A DNA stretch of 64,000 bases. Source: Camelus dromedarius (lineage: Eukaryota). Position numbers and translations under genes: made by a program. Below, in pieces: positions 1 to 23,960 of the stretch (its first letter is position 1; each line of letters begins with the position of its first letter). The DNA lies in contig NC_087454.1 in the NCBI RefSeq assembly GCF_036321535.1, positions 28,458,001 to 28,522,000 on the forward strand, given 5' to 3'. The notes under the pieces were generated by a model. It had not been told where the DNA came from. It saw nothing but the letters and a program-made list of their open reading frames with translations, and did no database searches.

Positions 1-1627
1 GGCGGTGGGCACTGGGAGCGCGCTCAGCCCACTGTGAGGGGCCCTGCGGGTGTGACTGCCTTGGGCTGCTCCACGCCTGGGAGTGGCTTTCTGCCTCCCC
101 GCCCCCGGACTCCAGCCCACAGGAAGCTCTCTCCTCCCCGAAATCCTTTTGCCCTCATTGTCACAAATACTTGATTTAACACTTCTTACTGAAGGGGCTC
201 AGGTGCTGTCAAGTCACAGAACCTCAGAGCTGGAAGTGATTTCCAAGGTCCTCCAACCCGATCTTCATTTAAGGCTTGAGTCCCTTGTGCGCCGTGCCTC
301 GGCAGGGTGAGGGTGACTTGAATGCACCTCTGCTTGAATACTCTCAGGATTGGGGGACTCACAGCCTCACCAGGCAGCTGCTTTCTGTGCAGCTGCTCCT
401 GGAGAAAAGTCTTCCTCTTTTGGAGCCTCAGTCTCTTCCTGCCCTTTCAGCCTGGCTCTTGGGCCTCTGGATCCACACAGAACAAGTTGCATCTTTAGTC
501 CACATGACAGCCGTTCATTTATTTGTAAAGATCTCTCTTGCTACCCCACCCGCCGTGACTCCTCCTTCCATTGTTAACTCTCCCAGTTCCTGCAGCTGTT
601 GCTCTCAGGACATGCTTTTGAATCTACTCCCAGTATGGGTTGTATTTCTCCCGAAGAAAACCTAGCATGTGTCTTTGTCCCTCCCAATGTCTGATGCTCC
701 CCGACTGAACCAGATCATCCAGAATGGCCCCATCAGTGCCAAGGATGGGGCGGTTCTGTGTCCCCCAGAGCCAACTACTCTGCACAGTTCTGTTAACTGG
801 ACAGCAGGTCGCGTGAGCTGCCGTGACAGCCACAGCACATGGGTGATTTGTGTTGAGCTTGTAGGGAGACCTAAATCCCCAAGTATTTTTCACATTTTCC
901 CCATCCTTTCCCTGGGCAGTTGCTTTTTTTTGGCCGGAAGGATAGGAAGAGATGCTGGGCAGGTCAGTGCTCTGAGCCAGTGGCCTGGTTCCTGAGGGAG
1001 ACTTCGGACTAGTGCTCACTTTTTGTAGCCATTCAGGGCTCCCCCCGTCCCTGTCTCTGCGCTTGTCTGCCGAGGCACTCTTGGGCCAATCCTGTACCTG
1101 TTGTCATCCCTGGGCCCCCCTGATTATGCCAGTAGCACTTTCTAGTCTGGGTGCCATTTGTGACATCCAAAAATGGTATTCCAGGTCTTTGCAGGTGGCC
1201 TTGAGGGTAGAATGGTGACTCCCTCCCCTCCAGCATGAGAACCTCAAGCCCCCTCTGCCCGATTTAGCCAGAAACCAGTCAGAGCAGCTCATTCTGTGAT
1301 ACTTTTCCCTTAAGACTCCTCACCCTGGTTCTTGCTTGACATACACCAGCCTTGTGAGGCAACAGAGCATGGTCATGCTGAATTGTCGTGTCTTAGAGAC
1401 GTCTTCCTAACCAGATTCTAAACTCCTTGGCACCTTGGAGGGACTGAGTCTCCTTGTGTGTTCCCTAACTCCCATCCCCACTGCCTCAGGTTCAAGTTAG
1501 GAGCTCAGTGGTTCTGACTGATGGACTGATTCAGTTGACGGAGGAGAATTACAACAAATACCTAAGGGATGTGGATAAGGCTCTCCCTTGCCCAGCATCT
1601 GCTAACTCTTCCCTCATCTCCCTGCAG

Positions 1628-14071
<12,444 letters not shown>

Positions 14072-15032
14072 NNNNNNNNNNNTCCCGCCACAGGGCCACA
14101 GCCCACTCAGCCCTGGGACACTGCCCTGGCCCTCCACCCTCTGCTCCCCACTGGCTGACTTTGGGCAAGGCAGTGCCTCTCTACTCTAGGGAGGGGGATG
14201 CGGCACTTGAAGCAGGGACTCCCACAGAGTGGTCCCTCTTCTCCCCCAAATGTGTTCATGACTCCCTGCAGCTAGTACAGACAGGCTGAGCACCTTGATG
14301 CTCAGCGCTCAGATGACTTGGGGATGCCTGGCCCCCTCCTCCTCCTCACCCCACAGCTACCTGAGGCTGCTCTGAGAAATACACATGGGAATACATACGC
14401 TCCTCTTTTGTCCCCTTCAGTCTCATTTGACCTCCAGATGTCTCTCCTTCTCCCCCTCCACTACAGGCATATAGGGAACAGCAGGAGATGATTCTCACCA
14501 AAGCTCTGTCAAGCCCCATTGGCCCCTGGAGTTAGTTAGCTGGAGGGGAGCCAACCCCCAAAGGCACAAATAGACCCCTGGCTCCAGCAGTGTGCAGGCT
14601 GACAGAGCTGCATGATTTCCTCTTGCTCCCTGCCTGACCAAGACAATGTGGGAGGGCAGGAGGAGAAAAGCCAGAGGCTCTGGGTGATGGGTGAATAGAG
14701 CCCAGATGGACCAAAAGAAGGGCATGAACAAGCATCCACCCTGTGCCCCCTCTTTGGTGAGCAGCAGCCCTGGGATCACTGACATGGAAGGGACCTCCCT
14801 GGGGCTGACTGCTTTCCTGTGCTGATGGTTCCAAAGCTGGGAGGAAGGAAGCAGGGAGCAGTGCCCCAAGCATGGCTCCCCCCAACACCTATTTATTTCC
14901 TGTTTGTGATGATGGTGGGCAGGCCCTCACTTGTCCACTTTAGGCACCTTGAAGGGGCAAGGGTCTGGGAAGGGCTGGACCCAGGTTCCAGGGGCGCAGG
15001 CAGTGCAGCTTTTGGCTGTGTACATAGGGTGC

Positions 15033-15038
15033 TTTATT
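15033..15038 (-). terminator. MEA1: Polyadenylation signal of MEA1
   Basis: TTTATT on + (AATAAA on -), 216 nt after the MEA1 stop; a second candidate lies at 14892-14897. Confidence 0.7.
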
Positions 15039-15104
15039 CTCCACAGAGTGATACATGCTATGGTGGGTTGGGCTTGGGCCGATGTCCCCATATGTACAGA
15101 ACTG

Positions 15105-15110
15105 AATAAA
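15105..15110 (+). terminator. PPP2R5D: Polyadenylation signal of PPP2R5D
   Basis: AATAAA about 1 kb after the inferred stop, followed by GT-rich sequence. Confidence 0.8.
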
Positions 15111-15253
15111 GTGGGTCTCTGAGAAGAAGTCTGATTTGCCTTGGTGTGGAAAGGGAGACAGGAAGATGAAGATGGACATTACAACCAAGATGTGTTCAGT
15201 CCTGTGCTGGTCATGGCCTGGAATGCAGGGAGATAAGGCAGCTCTCAGGGTGG

Positions 15254-16184
15254 TCACTTCCAGGCAGGGGCAGCCTGCCGGGCTTGGAGGGCCTTCTGTA
15301 CCACATCTTCCCACTGGGCATCTGAAATCTCCCGAGCCCAGGCAGGAACCCCTGGCGCAGGCAGGCTTACTCCAGCCATCGTCCTTTTCACCAGCTCTAC
15401 GTGTTCTGAAATTACAGGCAGAAACCAGCTGCAGGTAGAAACAATGGGAACAGCTCCCCTCTCCACTCACTGAACTAACCCAGAGCTTTTGGGCTAGCAA
15501 GGTCACTGAATCCTTTTTATTCCTAGGCAAGCCTGCTCATCCCCCAAGCCTAGAAGAATAGCATTTTCAGCTGGATCCCCCAAGTCTAGAAGAACATCAT
15601 TTCACCTGGATCTTAGATTACAAACTTGTTTTAGAAATGGGGTGTTCCTCTGTGATTTCCCTTTACTGGCTCTAACCAGTCCCTTTCCTCTATAATTATT
15701 CCAGAATAAAAGAATGATCTCTTACCTGGGTCCATGGGAATAGAGCTGTGGTTGCTCAATGCTGTAGCTCCCCCCTCATCTTCATCCTCGCTTTCTAATG
15801 GTGGGTCTGGCAAATGAAGCCCCAGAGCCTGCAGAGCCGGAGAAGGCAGTTCAGGGCCAGCCCTGCAGGGGTTCTAGCTTCACCTGCTCAGGAACAATGT
15901 CTCCTCCACCATACCTGGATCCGGTCCTGGATATCAGCAACTACATCTTCTCCATCTCCCACCGGTGCCAGCTCCACTTCCTCTTGTTCAGGATCTTGGT
16001 TCAGAGGCTGGTAGGAGTAGCCAGCTGGGCCTGCCCCCGTTTCCTCCTGCTCTTCCTCTGGCTCCTCACTGCTCCAATCCCCAGTACCTTCTGTAGAGCC
16101 CTGGTGTGGCCCGAGTTCCTCAGTCTGACTGGGGAAGATACGCTCAGGACCCATGGTGTCTCCCCCTAGAACTACTGCTGCCAT
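15254..16184 (-). CDS. MEA1: Male-enhanced antigen 1, 174 aa
   Basis: Coding exons 16184-15915 ([17 protein letters not shown]...DIQDRIQ), 15828-15726 ([17 protein letters not shown]...PMDP) and 15405-15254 ([12 protein letters not shown]...PAWK*). Total 525 nt; all junctions GT-AG. Confidence 0.96.
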
Positions 16185-16599
16185 CAGGCAGGGGCTGCAA
16201 GAACAAGGAGATAGGAGAACAGGGACTGGGTGAAATTAGGTCCACCGTCAGCCTTTCATCCATCTCCCGTGGTCTCCTCCTGCGTCCACAAAACATTTAA
16301 ACGCCCCAAGCTTCCTGCACCCCACCCACCTCAGCCTTTCCTAGTGCTCCACCTCTTAAGTTGGTTCTTATCGCCAGCCGGGGCCCACCCGCCTTGCTCT
16401 GCCAATTCTTAAAAAAACAGCCCAACCGGAGGCCATGCCCCCTCCCCCCAACTCACTTAGGAACTCCGGGTTGCCAAACAAGCTCCCCTAGACAAGGAGT
16501 ACCCGCCCCTTCTCTCCTCCCCAAGGGGTTCTCATCAGTACCACCTGACAAACGCCCTCCAGGCCCCAGGGGCTCCTTCTAATGGCCCCAGCTGCAACG

Positions 16600-17130
16600 T
16601 CCCCTACCCGACCCCGCTGATTCTCAGCACCGGTGCTTCCGCGCGCCTCACCAGCTCAGAGCCCGCGGCCGAACCCGCACCTTCACTTCCGGCGGGGCAG
16701 GACGTGCCGGGGCAACTAGTCCTCCAGCCCCGCCCCACGTTCATGATTGACGCGAGCGAGGACGTATAGTCCACCCCTTGTCCCGCCTCCACCATCTTCT
16801 GCCCAGACAACGAAGGACTACATCACCCAGAAGTCTCGCGGCTTTGACACAACTGCACATGTGCAGAACCTCCTCCGGCTCTTGCCCACTCCTGAGATCC
16901 CTTCACGTCCCTCCCCAAACCCGTGGACTACAAATCCCGGTAGGCTTCGGGCGCTTAGCGCTGATTGCACGTGCGCACACAACTGCCCGCTGGAAGGTCC
17001 GAGCCTGGCTGTGTTTATCTCGTTGGGGACCGAGTCGTCGGTTGGCGCGCAACGGGTTCTAGGCTGCAGGCAGCGCGAGGACCCGCGGCCCCGCCCCGGC
17101 CCGGCCTGGCAGGTAGCCCCGGGTGGGTTG
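16600..17130. promoter_or_regulatory. CpG-island bidirectional promoter MEA1/KLHDC3 with non-coding first exons
   Basis: CpG-rich. ETS CACTTCCGG at 16684-16692; ACTACAnnTCCC-type motifs at 16817-16830 and 16927-16938; TGCACGTGCGCA at 16966-16977. Candidate MEA1 donors after 16652 and 16545 (-); candidate KLHDC3 exon-1 donor after 17112 (+). Confidence 0.8.
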
Positions 17131-19358
17131 AGGGACTAGGAAAATTATAGGGGCTGGGGACACCCATGCCTAGAGCTGGATTCGTGGGGGAGGGGCCTGA
17201 GAGAGATGAGGTGGGGGTGGGGAGGGAGTTAGGGGGATGATGGGAAAGGAGAGTGTTAATGGGGAAAGGAGGACTCGGGGAGGATGGTGAGGAGACCGAT
17301 GGGAGACACCTGGTAGCTAGAGAAAGCCCTAAAGGGAATTGGAAGGAAGACCAGGTTATGAGAACAGGGAAGCTGAGGATAACGGAAGCAAAGGGCGGGG
17401 GTGTCTGGCGTTGTGGGGGAAGGGAGGTTCGGATGACTGGAAGAAGGCAGGGATAGCGTCATATACAGGGAGGAAAATCTCTGGTCGAAAGGGGTCAATG
17501 AATATTAGCTTTCTATCCCTTAGAGGAAGAGGGCTATCGGAGTGGAGCTTGGAGTTATGGGAGAAGGGAAAAGGAGAAAATTGCAAAGCCCTCAGGAGTT
17601 CGAGAAGGGCCAGAAACGGGGACTGAAAATTGCAAGAGAATAGGAGCGTAGTTAGGTACATTAAAGGATTTGAAGAAGCTTGAGAATGCGGCAGTGATGG
17701 AGGATGGGAGAGACCCAGGGATAAGAGGAGTTCATGAGAACCTGCAGGCTTGTTTTCCGCGAGCTTGAGTTGTCCCTCCTTATGGACGAGAAGCTAAGTT
17801 TTTTTTTTCTCCACCTTTGGATGGAATTGCTTCTCTCTTCCCCTGTGAATTCTTTACTTTCATATAGCTGAAGGGAGAGTAGAAGCTATGAGGGAAGATG
17901 AAGAACTCCCATTCTTAAGCTCTTCCACCTCCTTCCTATCTGTCCCCACAAGCCCAGATCCGAGAGCTTTTGGATTGAGGACAGGAGTAATGAAGTGAGA
18001 GTGGTTTCCTGCTGGGGCTATTTCAGGTTTGGCAGAGTGGCTATTTAAAGCATGGGGTGGGGGGTTGAGGGAGGTGGGCTGGGGTCGGGGAGGGGGCTGG
18101 CAAGCCAGCCGAAAGCCAAAGCTGTGTGTCTTTCTTGCAAGGGGCCTCCTTTACTTGAGCTTTTTCTGCGCCTGAGGTTCTGCCTGGGTCTTCCCTCCGC
18201 TAGGGCTTCTTGAAGAGGGAGCAAACGATTCACCCAAAACCAGCAGGTGCTTGCCAGCGAAGGCAGTGCCAGTCGCAGGATCTGCCTAGGGACAGAGCCT
18301 CCAGATGTACCCTTTATCACTAGGTTGGCAGATTGAGAGACCATGACCTCTTATGCCTGCTGTCTTTTTCTTGTCCTGCACAAGGGCATTTTTGCTTTCC
18401 TTCCAACTGCTTCCACTGCTTTGCAGTGTGCACCCCACCCTTAGCCCCTCTGAGGAACCCAAGTGGGAGAAAAGCTGCTGGAAACAGATCGTTCTTTACC
18501 ACAATAGCAGGGTTGGGCAAGTGGCAAGAGGAGAAAACCCCTCCTCCTCACTCCCGTTCTGTCAATCCCCAGTAGACACATACCTTTCTGGCTTAAGTTC
18601 CTAGTCTTGGCAGCATACCAGGCACAGCTGTCAAAGGAACTCCTCGTGCCTATGAGGGGCCCTGGGTGACCCCGAAGACAACAGCTCAGCTTGACAAGAG
18701 CCCCCTAGCTATCCATCCGTGGAGGTCCCTGCCCTGGATCAATCCCACCCTGTTGTGGATAAAGGGAGTATTCCATTCTAAAAGCCTAAAAGCTTTTTTG
18801 CTTGGAGGCACTCATGCCAGCTTTCAATAGACTGTCTGGGGCTGGCTGGGCTATTAATAGCTCTGAGTATTTTGAGATCCCTCTCCCCACCTCAAAGAGC
18901 ACAGAGATTCTTAGAGAGGTGGCAGTAAGCAGAGCACAGCCAGAGAGACAAGAGAACTAACTCACCGGCCTGGGAAGGGGGCTTGGAGCTTGGGCCAGGC
19001 CAGGGACGGGGTGGCGCCTCCATGAGTGGGGTATGACCATGTTGAGCCTTGATCAGCAGCCTGAGCTGGCAGTCAGGTCAGACTGGCCCCACCCTTCCCT
19101 GTTGGAGAACACAGGGCCAGGGCTAGCTCCCTGACCTCGGCAGCTCCCCTGGGGCAAAGCCAGCCACCTGAGCTGCGGAGGGGTGGTGTGGGAGGGCCAC
19201 CAGGGTGACACTTAGAGGCAAGGGCTAGTCTTGGGCAGAGTCACAGTGAGGCGGGCAAAGGCCTCGTCTGAGGAGCCCGTGGCCCTAATTNNNNNNNNNN
19301 NNNNNNNNNNNNNNNNNNNNNNNNNNNNNNNNNNNNNNNNNNNNNNNNNNNNNNNNNN

Positions 19359-22300
19359 NNNNNNNNNNNNNNNNNNNNNNNNNNNNNNNNNNNNNNNNNN
19401 NNNNNNNNNNNNNNNNNNNNNNNNNNNNNNNNNNNNNNNNNNNNNNNNNNNNNNNNNNNNNNNNNNNNNNATGAGACGCTGCGTCAGATTGATGTGCACA
19501 TTTTCAATGCAGGTAAGCTAATTTGGGGACCTTCCCTGGGTGCCCATGTCAGGGAGGGCAACGGGCAGCTGAATGAGGTTTGATGGTGATCCCTGTGGCC
19601 AAAGGGAGTGGGGGAAATGAATATCTGGTTTGGGAAAAGGTGGACAGCCTGAAGGGAGGTTCCCAGGGCTGAGCAGAACTGTGCCCACAGTGTCCTTGCG
19701 TTGGACAAAGCTGCCCCCAGTGAGACCTGCCACCCGCGGGCAGGCTCCCGTGGTACCCTACATGAGGTATGGACACTCAACTGTCCTCATCGATGACACA
19801 GTCTTCCTCTGGGGCGGGCGGAATGACACCGAAGGGGCCTGCAACGTGCTCTATGCCTTTGATGTCAGTGAGTATGGGTCTTGGAGAGGCTGTGTTCTGC
19901 CAGCTGGTGCCTTGGGGGGCTGGGAAGGGTGTGGGCTGAGGGAGCTGGGAGTAAGGCCCCCCAGAGTCTAGGAGAGAGTGTCAACTTGCTTACCAGGCCC
20001 ACCCTCTCCCCTCCTTCAGATACTCACAAGTGGTCCACACCCCGAGTGTCAGGAACAGTTCCTGGGGCCCGGGATGGACATTCGGCTTGTGTCCTGGGCA
20101 AGACCATGTACATTTTCGGGGGCTACGAGCAGCTGGTAGGTCTGGGAAGAAACTACAGGTTTAGGGTGGGAATGAGAAAGTGGAAGGGGAATTGAAGGTC
20201 GTGGAATGGAAGGCTTTGGTTTGCTTGCAGGTTCTGAGTGGGGAGGGATGGAGGGCTGGAGAGTGACCACTGCCCCTCATTTATTCCTTCTTTCACTTCC
20301 TCTCTCTTCCCTCTCAGGCGGACTGCTTTTCCAATGACATTCACAAGCTGGATACCAGCACCATGACGTGGACCCTGATCTGTACAAAGGTCTGCCCTTC
20401 TTCCTCTCTTCCAGGTCCCCACCCTCAATTTAAGAAACCATAGGGAGCTCAAACAGTGAAAGCTGACCCTCTCCCCCTCCCACCCTGCTCCTGCCCAGGG
20501 CAACCCTGCACGCTGGAGGGACTTCCACTCGGCCACAATGCTGGGCAGTCACATGTATGTCTTTGGGGGCCGCGCCGACCGTTTTGGGCCATTCCATTCC
20601 AACAATGAGATTTACTGCAACCGCATCCGCGTCTTTGACACGAGGACTGAGGCCTGGCTGGACTGTCCACCCACCCCAGTGCTTCCTGAGGGGCGCCGGA
20701 GCCACTCAGCTTGTGAGTGTCTGTTCCATCCCCACCGAGTCCCCTTCCTGCCCATTGTCCCCACGCTCCTAACATTCCTCTCTCCTTCCAGTTGGCTACA
20801 ATGGGGAGCTGTACATTTTTGGTGGCTATAATGCAAGGCTGAACCGGCACTTCCATGACCTCTGGAAGTTTAACCCTGGTAAAGAGCACTGCCTTTAAAG
20901 GAGGAACAGAGAGGAATTTCGGGCAAGGGGGAGAATAATCCTGAATAGGTGAGGTGCGTGGGTGGAGAGGATATCTGGAGTAGGCAGGCCTTGAACCACC
21001 ATATAAATTCTTTTTAGTGTCGTTTACCTGGAAAAAGATTGAACCGAAAGGGAAGGGGCCGTGTCCCCGCCGGCGCCAGTGTTGCTGTATTGTTGGTGAC
21101 AAGATTGTCCTCTTTGGGGGCACCAGGTTAGGAGGAGAGAGGGGAGGGATCCAGGAAGGGTCTCAGCCTGTGACTCACCTGGGAGACATTTGAGCGAGAG
21201 GGTCTCGTGGGTCGTCTCTGCTCCTTCCTTCATCTCTCTTTTGATCCCTACAGTCCGTCTCCTGAGGAAGGCCTGGGAGATGAATTTGACCTCATAGATC
21301 ATTCTGACTTACACATCTTGGACTTTAGTAAGTACACTTACTCCCAAAGTGCTCATGTCATCAGGGTGCCTGTCTTTGGGTGGTGATATCCAGGACTGGG
21401 CTCTTTCCTCAGCTTTGACCATCTCCCTCTTCACTCCTCCTTTTAAGGCCCTAGTCTGAAGACTCTGTGCAAACTGGCTGTGATTCAGTATAACCTGGAC
21501 CAGTCCTGTTTGCCCCATGACATCAGGTATAGTGACTGGTTAGAAAGGGATGGGTTGAGGTGAGTAGGCAGCACAGGCATGACCTGACTGGCTTGGTCTC
21601 ACGATGGGGGAGATAGGTTTTGTTCTGCTGGAGATGTAGTGTGCTTGTGGAGAGTGAGCTGGAAGGAAATATAAAACTGTCAGCACGGTAAATTGTGTGG
21701 GGAAAAAAAAATCCAGTTTTTCAAACCAAGCTCAGAAACATCACTTCCTGAGACCTGCTTATTCAGTTTTTGTTAACGTGCTGAGAAAGTTTGATTAAAT
21801 CTTAGAACCTAGTTGCAAAGTAAAGACAAGTTTCAGAGCTTCTGGATCACATCAGTTCCAGAATTAAGGGAGGTCCTTCCTAGCTACTTGCCCTTGAATT
21901 CCATTCTTAGGTCCAGATCAAGCACTAAGTTATTTTGCATATAATTGTGCCCTTCTGGGTCATTCTGTGACACTTCCCTCTCCTTGTATCAGTTCAATTT
22001 AACTCTTACTTGCTGAGGGTCTCTGTGTTCAGTATTTGGTGACAGAGTATACATGGTTGAACTGATGGATCTCGGACCAGCCCAGGATTGACACATGTGC
22101 AAGTACCTAATACCAAGTAGCCTGTAGCCTTGGTGTAAGGAGGTACTTGGTGAATCTATGTAGAGTGATAGAATTGCTAAAAAGAGAGGGACTTAATTTT
22201 AATGTGGTGGAATGGATGGAGAAGGCCTCAGGGAGGATGTGAGAGCTAAGTCAGAGCCTTAAAAGGATGGGAACTGAGAGCAAAAAGGGGCATTCCTGGT

Positions 22301-22730
22301 GGAGTGAGGGGGATAGGCTTTCGTTTTGGATTTGAACAGAGGAGGAAAGGTAGGTTGGGAAGTTTATTGAGATGTATACAACAGGTGGTTTTCTCCAGGT
22401 GTTGGGCACAAGAATACAAATATGTGAGCAAACAGGAAGTCCACATGAGCTTGCAGGTGGAGGAGTGGGTGGTACTGGATTTGGTGGTGGGTGGTGACTA
22501 ATTGTTAAACCTAGTAGGGCTGTAAGGAAGAGGTGGCTGTGGGTGGTTGAGCTTTAGGAAGTAGAAGGGACTGGTATGTTCATAGCTTTGTTCAAGCAAT
22601 TCTGGGCTTGGGGATGGAGGCTCCCCTTTCTGTCCTTTCTGCCTGTCATTGTTGGCCTTCCAGGTGGGAGCTGAATGCCATGACCACCAACAGCAATATC
22701 AGTCGCCCCATCGTCTCCTCCCATGGATAG
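19359..22730 (+). CDS. KLHDC3: Kelch domain-containing protein 3 (CRL2 C-degron receptor), 382 aa; ATG masked, position inferred
   Basis: Exons ~19359-19512, 19691-19867, 20020-20135, 20318-20389, 20499-20712, 20792-20878, 21018-21126, 21254-21327, 21448-21526, 22664-22730. Sum is 1149 nt with the inferred ATG. Kelch GG/W repeats (LWGGRND, IFGGY, VFGGR); ends RPIVSSHG*. Confidence 0.97.
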
Positions 22731-23278
22731 GGGGAAGTTTCTGCCGCCTCCCTTCCTGAGCCTGCTGTTGTTTCCACTGCCCCTGCCCATCTCTCACCCG
22801 CCTGCCCCTTTGGACCCTGGACTTGGTATACCTCCACATGGAGTTGTTGGACTAGAGATGTTTTCTGTGCTGTGAACTCAGTGGGGAGCTGTAGGTGGGG
22901 AGGGCTAGGTCCCTTCCTCCTTGGGCCGAGGGCCCCTTCCCCTTGGTGCTCTGTCCCATCCACCTCCCTCCAACTGCTCCTGGGCCTCTGCTCTGCCCCA
23001 TGCCAGCCATGCTCTGCTGGGAACAGAAGAAGGGAATGGGGTGAAGGGAGAAGCAAGCAGTGTCTGAGCCTCAGGAGCTTCCCCCCTACCCGTATTTCCA
23101 CTCCTTCCCCCTGCTTGAGCCATGGGCATTGATTGGGAGTTGAGAGGAGTTGCAGCTGTTGGCATGAAACCTCCTTCTCCCTTACCTGGGGAGGCAAGGA
23201 CCAGCAGATAATCCCACCCTTCCTTAAGCTGTTGCTGCACCCTGACGCTCTCAGCCAGCTCTGATTTTATAAAAATGA

Positions 23279-23284
23279 AATAAA
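23279..23284 (+). terminator. KLHDC3: Polyadenylation signal of KLHDC3
   Basis: AATAAA 549 nt after the stop, immediately upstream of the RRP36 CpG island. Confidence 0.8.
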
Positions 23285-23399
23285 AATCTCCAAACGTGTG
23301 ATCTCTTGTGGAATATGATGGGGATGGTAGGAGTGTGCTATGGGGGCAGAGTGCTGAGGTTCTGGCTTCTCAGCCAAGAGCATTAGGCAACTAGACATC

Positions 23400-23960
23400 A
23401 CCACGGCTGGACGTAGTCTCTCATCGTAGTCTCTCATCGGCGCGGACAGTGCCATGCGACGGAAAGGTGGCGACTTTACCTCGAGTGGGCGCTCTCTTAG
23501 GCCCAGAACCCAGGGGCAGCCCGTCTGACCCCGCCCGGCGGCTCAGCAGTGGGCAGGTTCTGCTCTGCTGTCCTGTGCCGCGTGGACTCGGCCTCCCATA
23601 GGCACCGGAAGGGGCGGGGCGAGGGCCGCCGGAGCGGAAGTAGCGCCATTCGTCTTCGCCGCGCCGCACGAAAGGATGCCGAGAGCGAGCTCTCGCGACT
23701 GGGCGGCTGCCGAGTCTCCTGGTGGGGCCCAGGATGACTGGGAGGACTCCAAGGGCCTGGAGCCCGAAGACTTGCGGAAGGGTGAGGGCACGGCGCTGGG
23801 CTGAGGGGTAGCGCGGGCGCTGGGGGCGGGGAGAGGATCCAGACGGGGGTGCCCGCCCCGCGCCCAGTAACTCAGAGTCTGGTGTGGGCTCGGACCCTGC
23901 GGACGCCGTCACCGTGAGACTGCTAAATTCTATGACAGACGCAAACACTGGAGCGCCCCC
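23400..23960. promoter_or_regulatory. RRP36: CpG-island promoter of RRP36
   Basis: CpG-rich, with CCGGAAG/CGGAAGT ETS sites and GCGCCATT just upstream of the ATG at 23676. Confidence 0.8.
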
